Source: a bacterium (GTDB taxonomy: Bacteria; Planctomycetota; UBA1135; UBA2386). Taken from it: a DNA stretch of 64,000 nucleotides. The DNA lies in contig JANSXC010000007.1 in NCBI GenBank assembly GCA_024743115.1, positions 59,771-123,770 of the forward strand, in the 5' to 3' direction. The stretch's first letter is position 1. The number at the start of each line of letters is the position of its first letter. The notes under the pieces were generated by a model. That model did not search any database. It saw nothing but the letters and a program-made list of their open reading frames with translations, and had not been told where the DNA came from. A program made the position numbers and the translations under genes. Below are positions 10,055 through 18,760 of this stretch, piece after piece.

Positions 10055-12982
10055 CTATCGAAAGTCGAGAACGTCCGGCGTGACGGCGCCGTCCGAACGG
10101 ACTTCGAATCGCAAAGGCTCCCCCACGGGATCGCCGGTGATCCCCCGCGTCCAGTCCCAGCCCAGCACGACCGGCCCGATCCGCTGCACCTCGTAGGTTC
10201 CGGGCACGAGGTTGACGACCTCGAGTCGCTCGCGAATCACCACCGTCGCGACCCAGTAGGGACGACCGCGGCCCGGCACACGCCGTATCCACGCTCCCCA
10301 GTGAGTCTCCCACGACTCGTTCTGCGGCTCGGGCACGGGCGGTGCTTCGACCCTCAGCGCAACCTCCCGGCCCTTCGTCACCATGATCGTGCCGAGGTCG
10401 GTCACGAGATCGGGCTCGGTCCGAACCGCGCCGTGCCAGTGCACCGAGGACAGCCCGTTCGTCAGTCGCAGTACCCATTCCCCGGCGGGCAAGCCGACCA
10501 GTTCGAATCGCCCCGCCCTGTCGAGCTTCATCGTCTTCATGCCGAGCGCGGTGCTCGGCACCCAATCCGTCGAATAGAACGGATCGCCAACGCCGCGCTC
10601 GGCTCGCAGCAGCAGCAACACCACCCCGTCTCGTATTCGCGCCGGGAACAGGTTGCCGAGATCGAACTGGCCACGGATCGTGGCGCCACCGAGCACGAGA
10701 TCCTGCTCCACGTCGTGACCGAGGTCGTGCAGGACGACTTCGACCGGCGACGCGGCAACGAGCGCTTCCCGATCGCGGCACAGCAGGTGGTAGCGCCCCG
10801 TGCTCGCGACTGCGAACCGGAACCGACCGGCCGCGTCGGTTCGCAGGTTCGGCGAGAACTGGAACGCACTCTCGTGATCGCGATCGCGAAGCGCACTCGA
10901 TAGGGCGCCGATCCCGTTCTTCGGCGGGTCGGCGGGCATGCCGAACACCACGGCGTCTGCTACCGGAACTCCCGCGCGCAGCACGCGCCCCCGGATCTCG
11001 GCGATGGCGGGCACCGGAACGACGACCGAGGTCGGTTCGCCGGCTCGCACGTCGACCTCGACGACCTCGCGGGCATCGACGCCCGCGCCGAGCAGGGGCC
11101 GGATACCCGGCATCGAGCGCCGCGACTCGTCGTTCCAGGTCATGCCGAAACGCGACAGCGCGAGACCGTAGCGACCAGGTGTCAGCTCGCCGATCGCGAA
11201 CTGCCCGGCGCGATCGACACTGTGAGTCCGCGGCCGGTCGGGCACCACGCCAGCCGCAGTGATCGGCCAGCAAGCAACGCTCACCGAGAACCAGCTCGTC
11301 GATTCGGGATCGGCGAGCCGGCCGGTGATTCGCCCGGCCGGCGACAGGACGACCCGAACGATCTCGCTGGCCGGCGCATCGGCCACGGCACCCGCAGGCC
11401 GATAGCGGCCATGCACGGCCGCGACCAGGTGCTTCACGGCCGCTTCGCAACGCGCGATCACGCGACCGTTACTGTCCGTCGTCCCGGCGAGTTGGTGCTT
11501 GAACCGCCGCGCTGCCTTCACCCGCTCGAGCAGATACTCGGGGTCGTCGTAGCGCTCCGCGGAATACTTCGGTCCATCGTCGACGTAGACCCGCGCGCCC
11601 TCGATCGGCATCCCGGCAGCGTCCACGACCTCCACCTCGATCGTCGGCGCGGCCTGGACCGCGAGTTCGATCGGCGGCGAGTCGCTCGTCAGCGTGAACT
11701 TCAGTTCTTCGGAACGACCGAAACCCTCGACCTCGGCCTCGATCTCATACTCCCGCGCGGCGAGCCCCGCGATCTCGAATGAGCCATCGACGGCCACGGC
11801 ATGCGGCCCCCGCAACCGCCGGAACGCGAAGTGACCGATCCCCGTGTAGTCGGCGGGCGACAGATCCAGCTTCACGGCACGGCCTTCGGCGCCGGTGACC
11901 CGACCCCGGATCGTGCATGCGGGCGCCAGTTGAACCGTCATCGGCCCCCGCCGATCGACCGGCACGAGCACCGGTCCGTAGCCAGCCGCGACGACATCGA
12001 GCTTGGCACTGAACGGCGCCACCCCCGTCACGGTGAACGCGCCCTCGGCGTTGGTCGACACGCCGCGTCGTAGTTGCGTGCCACCCTCACTCCCGACGGG
12101 TGCCACGTGCGCGCCGACGATCGCCGCCCCCGTTGCATCGATCACCCGCCCCTGCACGGTGCGACCTCGGCGCAACACGAGATCAGGCAGTTCCACGCGC
12201 TGCCCCGGCTCGAGCCTGGCCGCACCGATGGCATCGTAGAACTCCGAGCTCTCGGCGAGGAAGCGATGGTCCCCGGGCAGCAGCCCGTCGAACCGGAAGC
12301 GACCGTACTCGTCGGTCACGACACTGGGATCTGCGTCCGGTGCATCGAGTTCACGGACCGTGCGCGCGAAGCTCGGCGTGCTGGTGTAAGGCCGTTGCGC
12401 GCGGAAGACGCGGACGCCGGGCACGCCGCGGCCACCTTCGGCCCGCACCCGGCCGACGACGCTCGCCGCGGCCGGGCAATGCAAATCCCCCCACTCCCCA
12501 ACTCGATCAGCCGGCACCGCGCGATGCCGCACGACGAAGCCGAGCGGCACGCCGGGCGCAGCAACGGTGAGTCCGTAGCTCGCCGCGGGCACCCCACGAA
12601 CCACGAACTCGCCAGCCTCGTCGGCACGCAGCTTCGCGACCCGCTCCGCGTGGATCGTGCCGTGATTGCGCCAGACCCCTAGTTCGGCATACGCCAGCGG
12701 CTCGCCGGCGAGCAGGACGCGACCGCGGGCCGCTGGCGGTACCAGATCGGCCACGGCCTCGACCCGTGCCGCATCACGCCACGACTCGGCGACCCCGGGA
12801 GCTTTCGCCGCGCCGGCCGTAGCCGGCACGGAGTCGTCGGCGACGGGTCGGCCGGACGAATCACGGAACACGGGCGCCGAGTCGTCCGCGGCTCCGGCAC
12901 CAACGATCCACGACAGGACCACGGCAACCGTCACCAGGACGGCAACGGTGGCCAGAATGGCGGAGCTTCGGCGGTGCATCAT
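10055..12982 (-). CDS. Membrane-anchored protein built of CarboxypepD_reg-like (prealbumin-fold) beta-sandwich repeats
   Basis: 975-aa ORF with an N-terminal signal-anchor (MMHRRSSAILATVAVLVTVAVVLSWIVGAGA). It contains repeated G-R-V-x-D/A-x-G-x-P-V/I-x-x-A-x-V...D-x-x-G-R-F-x-F/I-x-x-L-x-P-G-x-Y segments. Confidence 0.8.
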   Translation of the reverse strand: MMHRRSSAILATVAVLVTVAVVLSWIVGAGAADDSAPVFRDSSGRPVADDSVPATAGAAKAPGVAESWRDAARVEAVADLVPPAARGRVLLAGEPLAYAELGVWRNHGTIHAERVAKLRADEAGEFVVRGVPAASYGLTVAAPGVPLGFVVRHRAVPADRVGEWGDLHCPAAASVVGRVRAEGGRGVPGVRVFRAQRPYTSTPSFARTVRELDAPDADPSVVTDEYGRFRFDGLLPGDHRFLAESSEFYDAIGAARLEPGQRVELPDLVLRRGRTVQGRVIDATGAAIVGAHVAPVGSEGGTQLRRGVSTNAEGAFTVTGVAPFSAKLDVVAAGYGPVLVPVDRRGPMTVQLAPACTIRGRVTGAEGRAVKLDLSPADYTGIGHFAFRRLRGPHAVAVDGSFEIAGLAAREYEIEAEVEGFGRSEELKFTLTSDSPPIELAVQAAPTIEVEVVDAAGMPIEGARVYVDDGPKYSAERYDDPEYLLERVKAARRFKHQLAGTTDSNGRVIARCEAAVKHLVAAVHGRYRPAGAVADAPASEIVRVVLSPAGRITGRLADPESTSWFSVSVACWPITAAGVVPDRPRTHSVDRAGQFAIGELTPGRYGLALSRFGMTWNDESRRSMPGIRPLLGAGVDAREVVEVDVRAGEPTSVVVPVPAIAEIRGRVLRAGVPVADAVVFGMPADPPKNGIGALSSALRDRDHESAFQFSPNLRTDAAGRFRFAVASTGRYHLLCRDREALVAASPVEVVLHDLGHDVEQDLVLGGATIRGQFDLGNLFPARIRDGVVLLLLRAERGVGDPFYSTDWVPSTALGMKTMKLDRAGRFELVGLPAGEWVLRLTNGLSSVHWHGAVRTEPDLVTDLGTIMVTKGREVALRVEAPPVPEPQNESWETHWGAWIRRVPGRGRPYWVATVVIRERLEVVNLVPGTYEVQRIGPVVLGWDWTRGITGDPVGEPLRFEVRSDGAVTPDVLDFR

Positions 12983-13100
12983 GGCAGTTCCCGAAGGCTC
13001 GCTTCGGGGCGCGTCAGCTTAGCACCGCGCAGTTCTTGCTGCCGGCCCGCGTGGCCGCCACCGACTTGGCAGCGTCACGCCGGACCGCGGCATCGACGCG

Positions 13101-13643
13101 CTACTTGTCCGAGCCGTCCGACTTCGGCGCGGCCATGACCGGCACGGTGACCTGCTTGTCGCCGAAGACGATGGCCAGCGAGCAGGCGTTGTCCTTCGCG
13201 GACGGCTCGAGGTTCATCTTCAGGCAGCCGGTCTTCTTGCCGGCATCCGACAGCACCATGCGCCAGCGCACCGAGTCGCCCTTCGCGGGCTTGAGGTTCA
13301 GGATCCAGCCCGCCTTCTCGTGCAGCGTGAAGAACATCTTGTACTCACCGGCAGGCACCTTCTTGCCGGCGGCCTGCAGATCGCACGACGTCTTGACCAT
13401 GCCGATCGGCTTCTTCTCGGCGAACGCGTTGAAGCGCTCGTGCATGTCGACGTTGTCCTTGTACTCCTGCCAGGAACCCTGACCGAAGCGGATCGACGTG
13501 TACTGAATGTGAACCTTCTGGTCGCCCATCTCGATCGAGCTCGAGACCTTCGGGGCGTTGCGGTTGATACTGCCGCCGATCTGAGCCGACAGGCCGGTGC
13601 CGAGCGTGGCCAGGCAGGCGATTGCGAGTGCGAACTTCTTCAT
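13101..13643 (-). CDS. Secreted DUF2911-like protein
   Basis: 180 aa with signal peptide MKKFALAIACLATLGTGLSAQ. The overall pattern (IRFGQGSW..., VPAGEYKMFF, WILNL) resembles the DUF2911 family. Lys-rich, non-shadow composition. Confidence 0.7.
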   Translation of the reverse strand: MKKFALAIACLATLGTGLSAQIGGSINRNAPKVSSSIEMGDQKVHIQYTSIRFGQGSWQEYKDNVDMHERFNAFAEKKPIGMVKTSCDLQAAGKKVPAGEYKMFFTLHEKAGWILNLKPAKGDSVRWRMVLSDAGKKTGCLKMNLEPSAKDNACSLAIVFGDKQVTVPVMAAPKSDGSDK

Positions 13644-13750
13644 TGGTTTGGGTGTCCTTGCGAGAACGGACTCCGCCGCGCGGAGCCTATGAGTCGGTCG
13701 GCCAGGGGGCTGGCCTGGGAAACGAATGCGGAGGTCGTATCACGGCTCCA

Positions 13751-13786
13751 GGCGCAAAAGCGCAAGATGTCGCGCTTTTTCGCGCC
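13751..13786. promoter_or_regulatory. Imperfect palindrome in a divergent promoter region (candidate operator)
   Basis: GGCGCAAAAGCGC-aagatgtc-GCGCTTTTTCGCGCC. The arms are complementary apart from a 2-nt bulge. It is the most AT-rich patch between the divergent starts at 13643 (-) and 13868 (+). Confidence 0.3.
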
Positions 13787-13867
13787 GTTACCGCGGCGCT
13801 ACGATCCTCACCGTTCGGGGTTCCGAGAAAACGGACCGAGTTGGCGAGGATTCCTGCCTGACGCTTC

Positions 13868-14572
13868 ATGACACCCGCAGCGACGCCAACTCCATCATCC
13901 ACCCGCGCGTGGCCACTCGTACTCCTGGCGGTGTTCACGCTCGTCGGACCGCTGATCGGTGCGGCGGTCCTGCTGTGGTCGAACGCCGAGTGGCTGCCGC
14001 CACTGCGCGAGATGGAACTGCGGGCGCCGGCCTTCGTACTCGCGGGCATGCTGCTTGCCGGATTGTCGATGCTGCCAACGCACGCCGTCGCACTGGTCGG
14101 CGGCATGGTGTTCGACGGCCTGCTCGGATCCGTCTTTGCTACGACCGCCGTCTGTCTCGCTGCAGTCATCGGCTTCGCCGTCAACCGGCCGCTCGCGGGC
14201 CCGCGCACGATGGCCTGGCTCGAACGGAAGCCTCGTACCGCGACCATTCACCGCGCCCTGCTCGACCGCGGTCGACTGCGCGCGGCGGGCATCATCGGCC
14301 TGATCCGACTCTCCCCGATCATGCCGTTCGCGCTGACCAACCTCTGGCTGGCCGGCGTCGGAACGAACTGGCGGGAATACACCGCGGGCTCCGCGCTCGG
14401 ACTGATGCCCCGCATCGTGCTCGTGGCGTTTGCCGGGGAAGGACTCGCGACATTGGATCTGTCGCAGAGCGGCGGACGCACGGCACTCGTGCTCGGCATC
14501 GTCGGCACGATCGCGGCGCTGGCCGTGATCGGCCGAATCAGCCAGCGCGCACTGGCGGCCGCAGCGCGCTGA
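13868..14572 (+). CDS. DedA / TVP38-TMEM64 (SNARE-associated) family membrane protein
   Basis: 234 aa and multi-TM. Family-typical segments include LRAAGIIGLIRLSPIMPFALTNLWLAGVG and SALGLMPRIVLVAFAG. Confidence 0.75.
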   Translation: MTPAATPTPSSTRAWPLVLLAVFTLVGPLIGAAVLLWSNAEWLPPLREMELRAPAFVLAGMLLAGLSMLPTHAVALVGGMVFDGLLGSVFATTAVCLAAVIGFAVNRPLAGPRTMAWLERKPRTATIHRALLDRGRLRAAGIIGLIRLSPIMPFALTNLWLAGVGTNWREYTAGSALGLMPRIVLVAFAGEGLATLDLSQSGGRTALVLGIVGTIAALAVIGRISQRALAAAAR

Positions 14573-14583
14573 CGTGCGAGCGG

Positions 14584-15612
14584 CTACCAGACCGCGATGA
14601 TGCCGCCGTTGCTGAACGCGCCGGGCACGTTCGCGTTCGACTGCAGGTCGACGTTCGCGAACTGCGCGTAGAACACCGTGCCGCGGAATGCCGGATCGCT
14701 CGGAATCGCGAAGCCGATCGCGCCACTGCCCGTGTTATCGAGCAGGACGGTCGCCACCGCATCGGCGGACGTGAGCAGGCTGCAGCCGGCCCCGAAGTCC
14801 GCGGGCAGCGCACCACCCGACCAGACGTTGCGCGAGAAGCCGAGCAAGAAGCCACCGAACGCGCCGGGCAGACCGTTCTGCGCCACCAGCGTGAAGCCGG
14901 CGTGGCCGATTGCCGGCGCACCGAAGCCGGAGAGCGCCGGTGTAAGAGCATTCGAGCCCTGGCAGCCCGCGCCGTAGCTCACGAGTTCGTGCGACTCGAA
15001 CACCAGGCGCACCGAAACACCCCCCGAGTTGAAGCTCGTCGCCGACTGCCCGGACGAGTAACTGAAGTTGTAGGCGCGCTCGACGCCGCCAACGGTGGTC
15101 CCGAGGAAGACACCGGGCGCCTGGACGAGCGACGTGATGTCGACAACAACGCTGTCACCTGGCGTGTAGTAGAACGGGAAATCGAGCTCGAACTCGACCC
15201 ATTGGTTCACCGGATTCTGCGCCGTGCCGCCGCCACTGATCGTCGTGCCCGACTGGTCGTTCTGGACGCGCTGGTCCGGCAGGTTGACGTTCCAATCCGC
15301 GCCGAGACTGGGCGAACCCGCAACGCCCGCGCGCAGCACGAACTGGTTGTAGGGCGCGACACCGGCCAGCGAGAAGCCCACCTTGGTCACGAGTCCCGCG
15401 CTGAGGCTCTGCGACGACAGGAACGAATCGGGCACGAGCAACTGCAACCGCACCGGGTTGCCAGTCTGCCCCGCACCCGTCGTGTAGAACGGGAACGAGA
15501 ACTGCGGCGGGGTCGCGAGGCTGGAATCAGGGTAGTCGACGGTTTGCGCCGACAGGGTGGCGCTACCGAGAAGGGCGAAGAGGACGAGCGAGTTCGGGGT
15601 TTTCGAGAACAT
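14584..15612 (-). CDS. Secreted hypothetical protein with a C-terminal two-cysteine module
   Basis: Start reset to ATG 15612 (MFSKTPNSLVLFALLGSATLSAQ signal peptide). The track ORF extends to 15753. Gly/Ser/Asn-rich beta-type composition. The C-terminal roughly 130 aa are shared with two other proteins in the window (see findings). Confidence 0.7.
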   Translation of the reverse strand: MFSKTPNSLVLFALLGSATLSAQTVDYPDSSLATPPQFSFPFYTTGAGQTGNPVRLQLLVPDSFLSSQSLSAGLVTKVGFSLAGVAPYNQFVLRAGVAGSPSLGADWNVNLPDQRVQNDQSGTTISGGGTAQNPVNQWVEFELDFPFYYTPGDSVVVDITSLVQAPGVFLGTTVGGVERAYNFSYSSGQSATSFNSGGVSVRLVFESHELVSYGAGCQGSNALTPALSGFGAPAIGHAGFTLVAQNGLPGAFGGFLLGFSRNVWSGGALPADFGAGCSLLTSADAVATVLLDNTGSGAIGFAIPSDPAFRGTVFYAQFANVDLQSNANVPGAFSNGGIIAVW

Positions 15613-15745
15613 GAGTCTGGGAAGGGGAAACGGTTGGTCCGCGTGGCGGCCGCAACGGGGGCGAGCGATCGCTTGACACCGGAACCTCGAGCTCTCATCG
15701 TTATTGCGACTGCGTCTCAGTTGCAGCAAGAAAACCATCGAAGAC

Positions 15746-17755
15746 ATGAACAAAACCCCTCGCTGTCATGCGCTCGTCACGCGCACTCTGCTCCCGCTGA
15801 TTCTGGCGACCGCCAGCGGCGAACTCGCCGGCCAACAAGGTGCCGTCGTCACACGGCCGTCACTCCTGCCGCACGCCATCTCGAGCTTCGGCGCCACCCG
15901 GGTCGGCGGCTGGCTGTACGTCTACGGTGGCCATATTGGTCGCGCCCACGCCCACTCGCGCGAGAACGTCATCGGCAACTTCCAGCGCCTCAACCTCGCC
16001 GATGGTACGAGCTGGCAGGCGCTGCCCCCCGGCCCGCCGCTGCAGGGCACCGCGCTCGTCGCCGCCGCGGACGGTCGCCTCTATCGCGTCGGCGGCACGG
16101 ATGCGCGCAACGAGAAGGGTGACGACGCCGACATGCACTCGACAGCGTCGGTGCAACGCTTCGACCCCGCGCTCGGGCGCTGGGCCAAGGCGACCCCGCT
16201 GCCGGAACCGCGCTCGTCGCACGACGCGATTATCTGCGACAACAAGCTCTACGTGGTCGGCGGCTGGCACCTCGCGGGCGACGGCGACGGCCTGTGGCAC
16301 GAGACCGCGTGGGTCGCGGATCTTGCGCAGGAACCGCTCGAGTGGCGGGCTCTGCCAGCCATCGGCGAGACCCGGCGCGCGTGCGCCGTAGCGACGTTCG
16401 GCGGCCGGATCGCGGTGCTCGGCGGCATCGACGATTCCCGCCCGATCAACACGGTCCGCGTCTTCGACCCCGCGAGCAACGAGTGGTCCGAGGGCCCCGC
16501 GCTGCCCGGCTTCGCGTTCGGCACGGCGGCGCTCGGCATCGACGGCTGGCTCTACGCCACGGTGATGGACGGGCGCCTCTTGAAGTGGAACGGCAAGGCC
16601 GACTCGCGCTGGCAGCCCGTCGCGCAGTTCGAGACGCCGCGCTTCTTCCACCGCATGGTCGAGGCGCCCGAGAACGGCCGTATCCTCGCGTTCGGTGGTG
16701 CTGGGCGTGGCGGCCACATGCGCACGATGGAGACCGTGGTCATCGACGCGAAGATCGCGGCAGCCACGAAGACCCCGACCCTGAACCGCTACGAGATCCC
16801 GGCGCCGAGCCAGGTGGCCTATCGCCAGGGGCTCCTGCTCACGGACAACACGATCTGGGCATTCGGCGGCAACCGCAAGAACCCGGGCGAGCGCTTCGTG
16901 CCCGCGCAGTTCGCGACCGACATCTGGAAGGTCGAACTCACCACGATGACGGCGCGAATGGCCGGACACCTGCCCGCGGGTCGCCAGTCGATGGCCACCG
17001 CGAACTGGGGCGGCCGGCGCGAGAACGTCATCCTCGGTGGGCTCGGCGTCGTGGACGACCAGGTACGAAGCCTCGCGAGCGGCTTCCGCTGGGACGCGCG
17101 GCGCCGCAAGCTCGTGCCGTTCGAAGCCGAACTGCCCGCACCGCGCACGCAGTTCCAGACCGTCACGCACGATCACGCGCTCTACGCGATCGGCGGGGTC
17201 GACTTCACGCCCGGACCGCGCGGTGGCAAGACCCAGGGTGATACGACCGCCATCCTGCGCTGCGATCTGAAGGCCGAGAAACCGAGCTTCGCAGAATGTG
17301 GCATCACGCTGCCGCGGCCCCGACGCTCGTTCGGCGCGGCCATGATCGGCAGCCGGATGTATCTGATCGGCGGCCTCGGCAACGGCTTCCAGCACGCCGG
17401 CCCCAACGACGTCTTCGACTTCGGTAGGGCTACATGGAGCGAACTCGAGAGCCCGCTCGACTGGGTCTCGGCGCAAGTCGCGACGATCGGCTCACGCCTC
17501 TACGTTGCCTGTGGCGGCACGATGAAGGGCATGAAGTTCACCCAGGACCGCGCGCTCTGGTCGTTCGAACCGAAGCAGGGCTGGACCAAGGTCGTCGACG
17601 AACTGCCGTTCGGCACGCGTCACGTCCGCATGCTGAGCAACCGCAACCGGCTCGTGTTCTACTCGGCCAACGATGCGCGCCGCGATCGCATCGTGATCCA
17701 TACGTACGAACCGGACCGCGACACGCACGTCATCGAGGCCTCGTTCCACCGGTAG
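15746..17755 (+). CDS. Secreted Kelch-repeat (beta-propeller) protein
   Basis: Start at ATG 15746 (MNKTPRCHALVTRTLLPLILATASG). Kelch-like blades repeat throughout: GGWLYVYGG, DGRLYRVGG, DNKLYVVGGW, GGRIAVLGG, DGWLYATV, DHALYAIGG, GSRMYLIGG, GSRLYVACGG. Confidence 0.85.
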   Translation: MNKTPRCHALVTRTLLPLILATASGELAGQQGAVVTRPSLLPHAISSFGATRVGGWLYVYGGHIGRAHAHSRENVIGNFQRLNLADGTSWQALPPGPPLQGTALVAAADGRLYRVGGTDARNEKGDDADMHSTASVQRFDPALGRWAKATPLPEPRSSHDAIICDNKLYVVGGWHLAGDGDGLWHETAWVADLAQEPLEWRALPAIGETRRACAVATFGGRIAVLGGIDDSRPINTVRVFDPASNEWSEGPALPGFAFGTAALGIDGWLYATVMDGRLLKWNGKADSRWQPVAQFETPRFFHRMVEAPENGRILAFGGAGRGGHMRTMETVVIDAKIAAATKTPTLNRYEIPAPSQVAYRQGLLLTDNTIWAFGGNRKNPGERFVPAQFATDIWKVELTTMTARMAGHLPAGRQSMATANWGGRRENVILGGLGVVDDQVRSLASGFRWDARRRKLVPFEAELPAPRTQFQTVTHDHALYAIGGVDFTPGPRGGKTQGDTTAILRCDLKAEKPSFAECGITLPRPRRSFGAAMIGSRMYLIGGLGNGFQHAGPNDVFDFGRATWSELESPLDWVSAQVATIGSRLYVACGGTMKGMKFTQDRALWSFEPKQGWTKVVDELPFGTRHVRMLSNRNRLVFYSANDARRDRIVIHTYEPDRDTHVIEASFHR

Positions 17756-18662
17756 GCGAGGTCGGCGCGGGTTGCTCACCCGGCGCCACGAGGAACCGCA
17801 ACACGCCCGGCACGATGCGTCGCCACGACACCCAATCGTGGCCACCGTCGTAGACCGCGTAATCGTGCTCGATCCCGCGCGCGTCCAGATGGGCATGGAA
17901 CGCCGCCCCGCCGCGCACGATGCCCTCGCGATCGCCGCTACCGTGCGCGAGCATCAACCGCAGGCCGCCCAGGTCCGACGTCTGCCGCCAACGGCGGTAG
18001 AGATCCTCGGACCGGACGCGCGCGAGATCGTCGGTCGGCCCCCAGATCCGCTCGACAGGGATGAACAACCGCACCCAGAAGCCGTCCGCGAACTCGACGA
18101 GCTGCTCGGCATTCATCACCGGTGCGCTGATCGCCGCGACGGACTCGAAGCGTTCGGGCTCGAGCAACGCGAACCGCAGCGTGCCATGCCCTCCCATCGA
18201 GATGCCCGCGACGTGCAGGTGCTCGCGGCCAGTGAGCGTGCGATACTCCTTCTGGACGTGCGGCACGAGGTCGTCCAGCACCCAGTCGCGATAGCGGCGC
18301 GAACCGTCGAACCAGTTCTCCCAGAAGCCGTACTCGCCGTTCGGCACGCAGATGACGCAGCGCGGCACCCGCCCCGCGTCGACCTCGGCATCGAGGAACG
18401 GCCCGTAACCCGCGCGGTCGAAACAGTCCTCGCTGTCGCCACCCCCATGCAGAAACAACACTAACGGCAGCCGCTCCGCGGGCGTCCAGCCAGGCGGCGT
18501 GTAGACCGCGTAGGCCATCTCGCGCCCCATCGCAGGACTCGCGACTTCGCCGTAGTCGAGGCGACGTTCGAACGTCGAACAGCCGGCAGCAAGCCCGCAG
18601 CCGATGATCCCGAGCACGGCTCCGGGGAACGAGCGAAGCAGATTCTTGACGAGGGCGCTCAT
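17730..18662 (-). CDS. Lipoprotein esterase (alpha/beta hydrolase, esterase D / putative-esterase family)
   Basis: Start reset to ATG 18662 (MSALVKNLLRSFPGAVLGIIGCGLAAGC lipobox). Motifs LVLFLHGGGDSEDCF and HVAGISMGGHG (GxSxG). There is a 26-bp convergent overlap with the Kelch gene. Confidence 0.8.
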   Translation of the reverse strand: MSALVKNLLRSFPGAVLGIIGCGLAAGCSTFERRLDYGEVASPAMGREMAYAVYTPPGWTPAERLPLVLFLHGGGDSEDCFDRAGYGPFLDAEVDAGRVPRCVICVPNGEYGFWENWFDGSRRYRDWVLDDLVPHVQKEYRTLTGREHLHVAGISMGGHGTLRFALLEPERFESVAAISAPVMNAEQLVEFADGFWVRLFIPVERIWGPTDDLARVRSEDLYRRWRQTSDLGGLRLMLAHGSGDREGIVRGGAAFHAHLDARGIEHDYAVYDGGHDWVSWRRIVPGVLRFLVAPGEQPAPTSPTGGTRPR

Positions 18663-18760
18663 GGGCCGACCGATAGACCGCCGAACCCCAGGAGACAACG
18701 CGAACCCCGATCGCTCGCCGCGCCTTTCTGCCCAGCGCCGTTCGGTTAGGCTTCCGCGCG

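Noticed and set aside
4415-10196. Very long plus-strand ORFs 4415..7624 (1069 aa) and 7464..10196 (910 aa), antisense to the kinase and cytochrome genes.
   Set aside because: Their translations are extreme Arg/Ala/Pro/Gly/His low-complexity with no motifs, while the opposite strand encodes complete kinase and 12x CXXCH proteins. These are typical GC-rich shadow ORFs. The same reasoning applies to 1089..2600(-), 2703..4622(-), 13726..16122(+), 15860..17476(-), 27711..29897(+), 31240..32958(-), 33227..34969(-), 34872..36014(-), 52791..54044(-), 53063..55591(+), 58729..61089(+) and 60125..61606(-).
7335-11450. Track ORF of 1371 aa taken at face value as one giant cytochrome.
   Set aside because: The first roughly 500 codons are Arg-rich shadow sequence overlapping the well-supported repeat-protein gene 10055..12982. 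A signal peptide and the first haem motif begin only after ATG 9941.
15673-15706. Sigma-70-like -35 box TTGACA (15673-15678) upstream of the Kelch gene.
   Set aside because: No acceptable -10 hexamer lies at 16-19 nt spacing. The nearest AT-rich hexamers (GTTATT, TTATTG) are 21-22 nt away. It is left unannotated.
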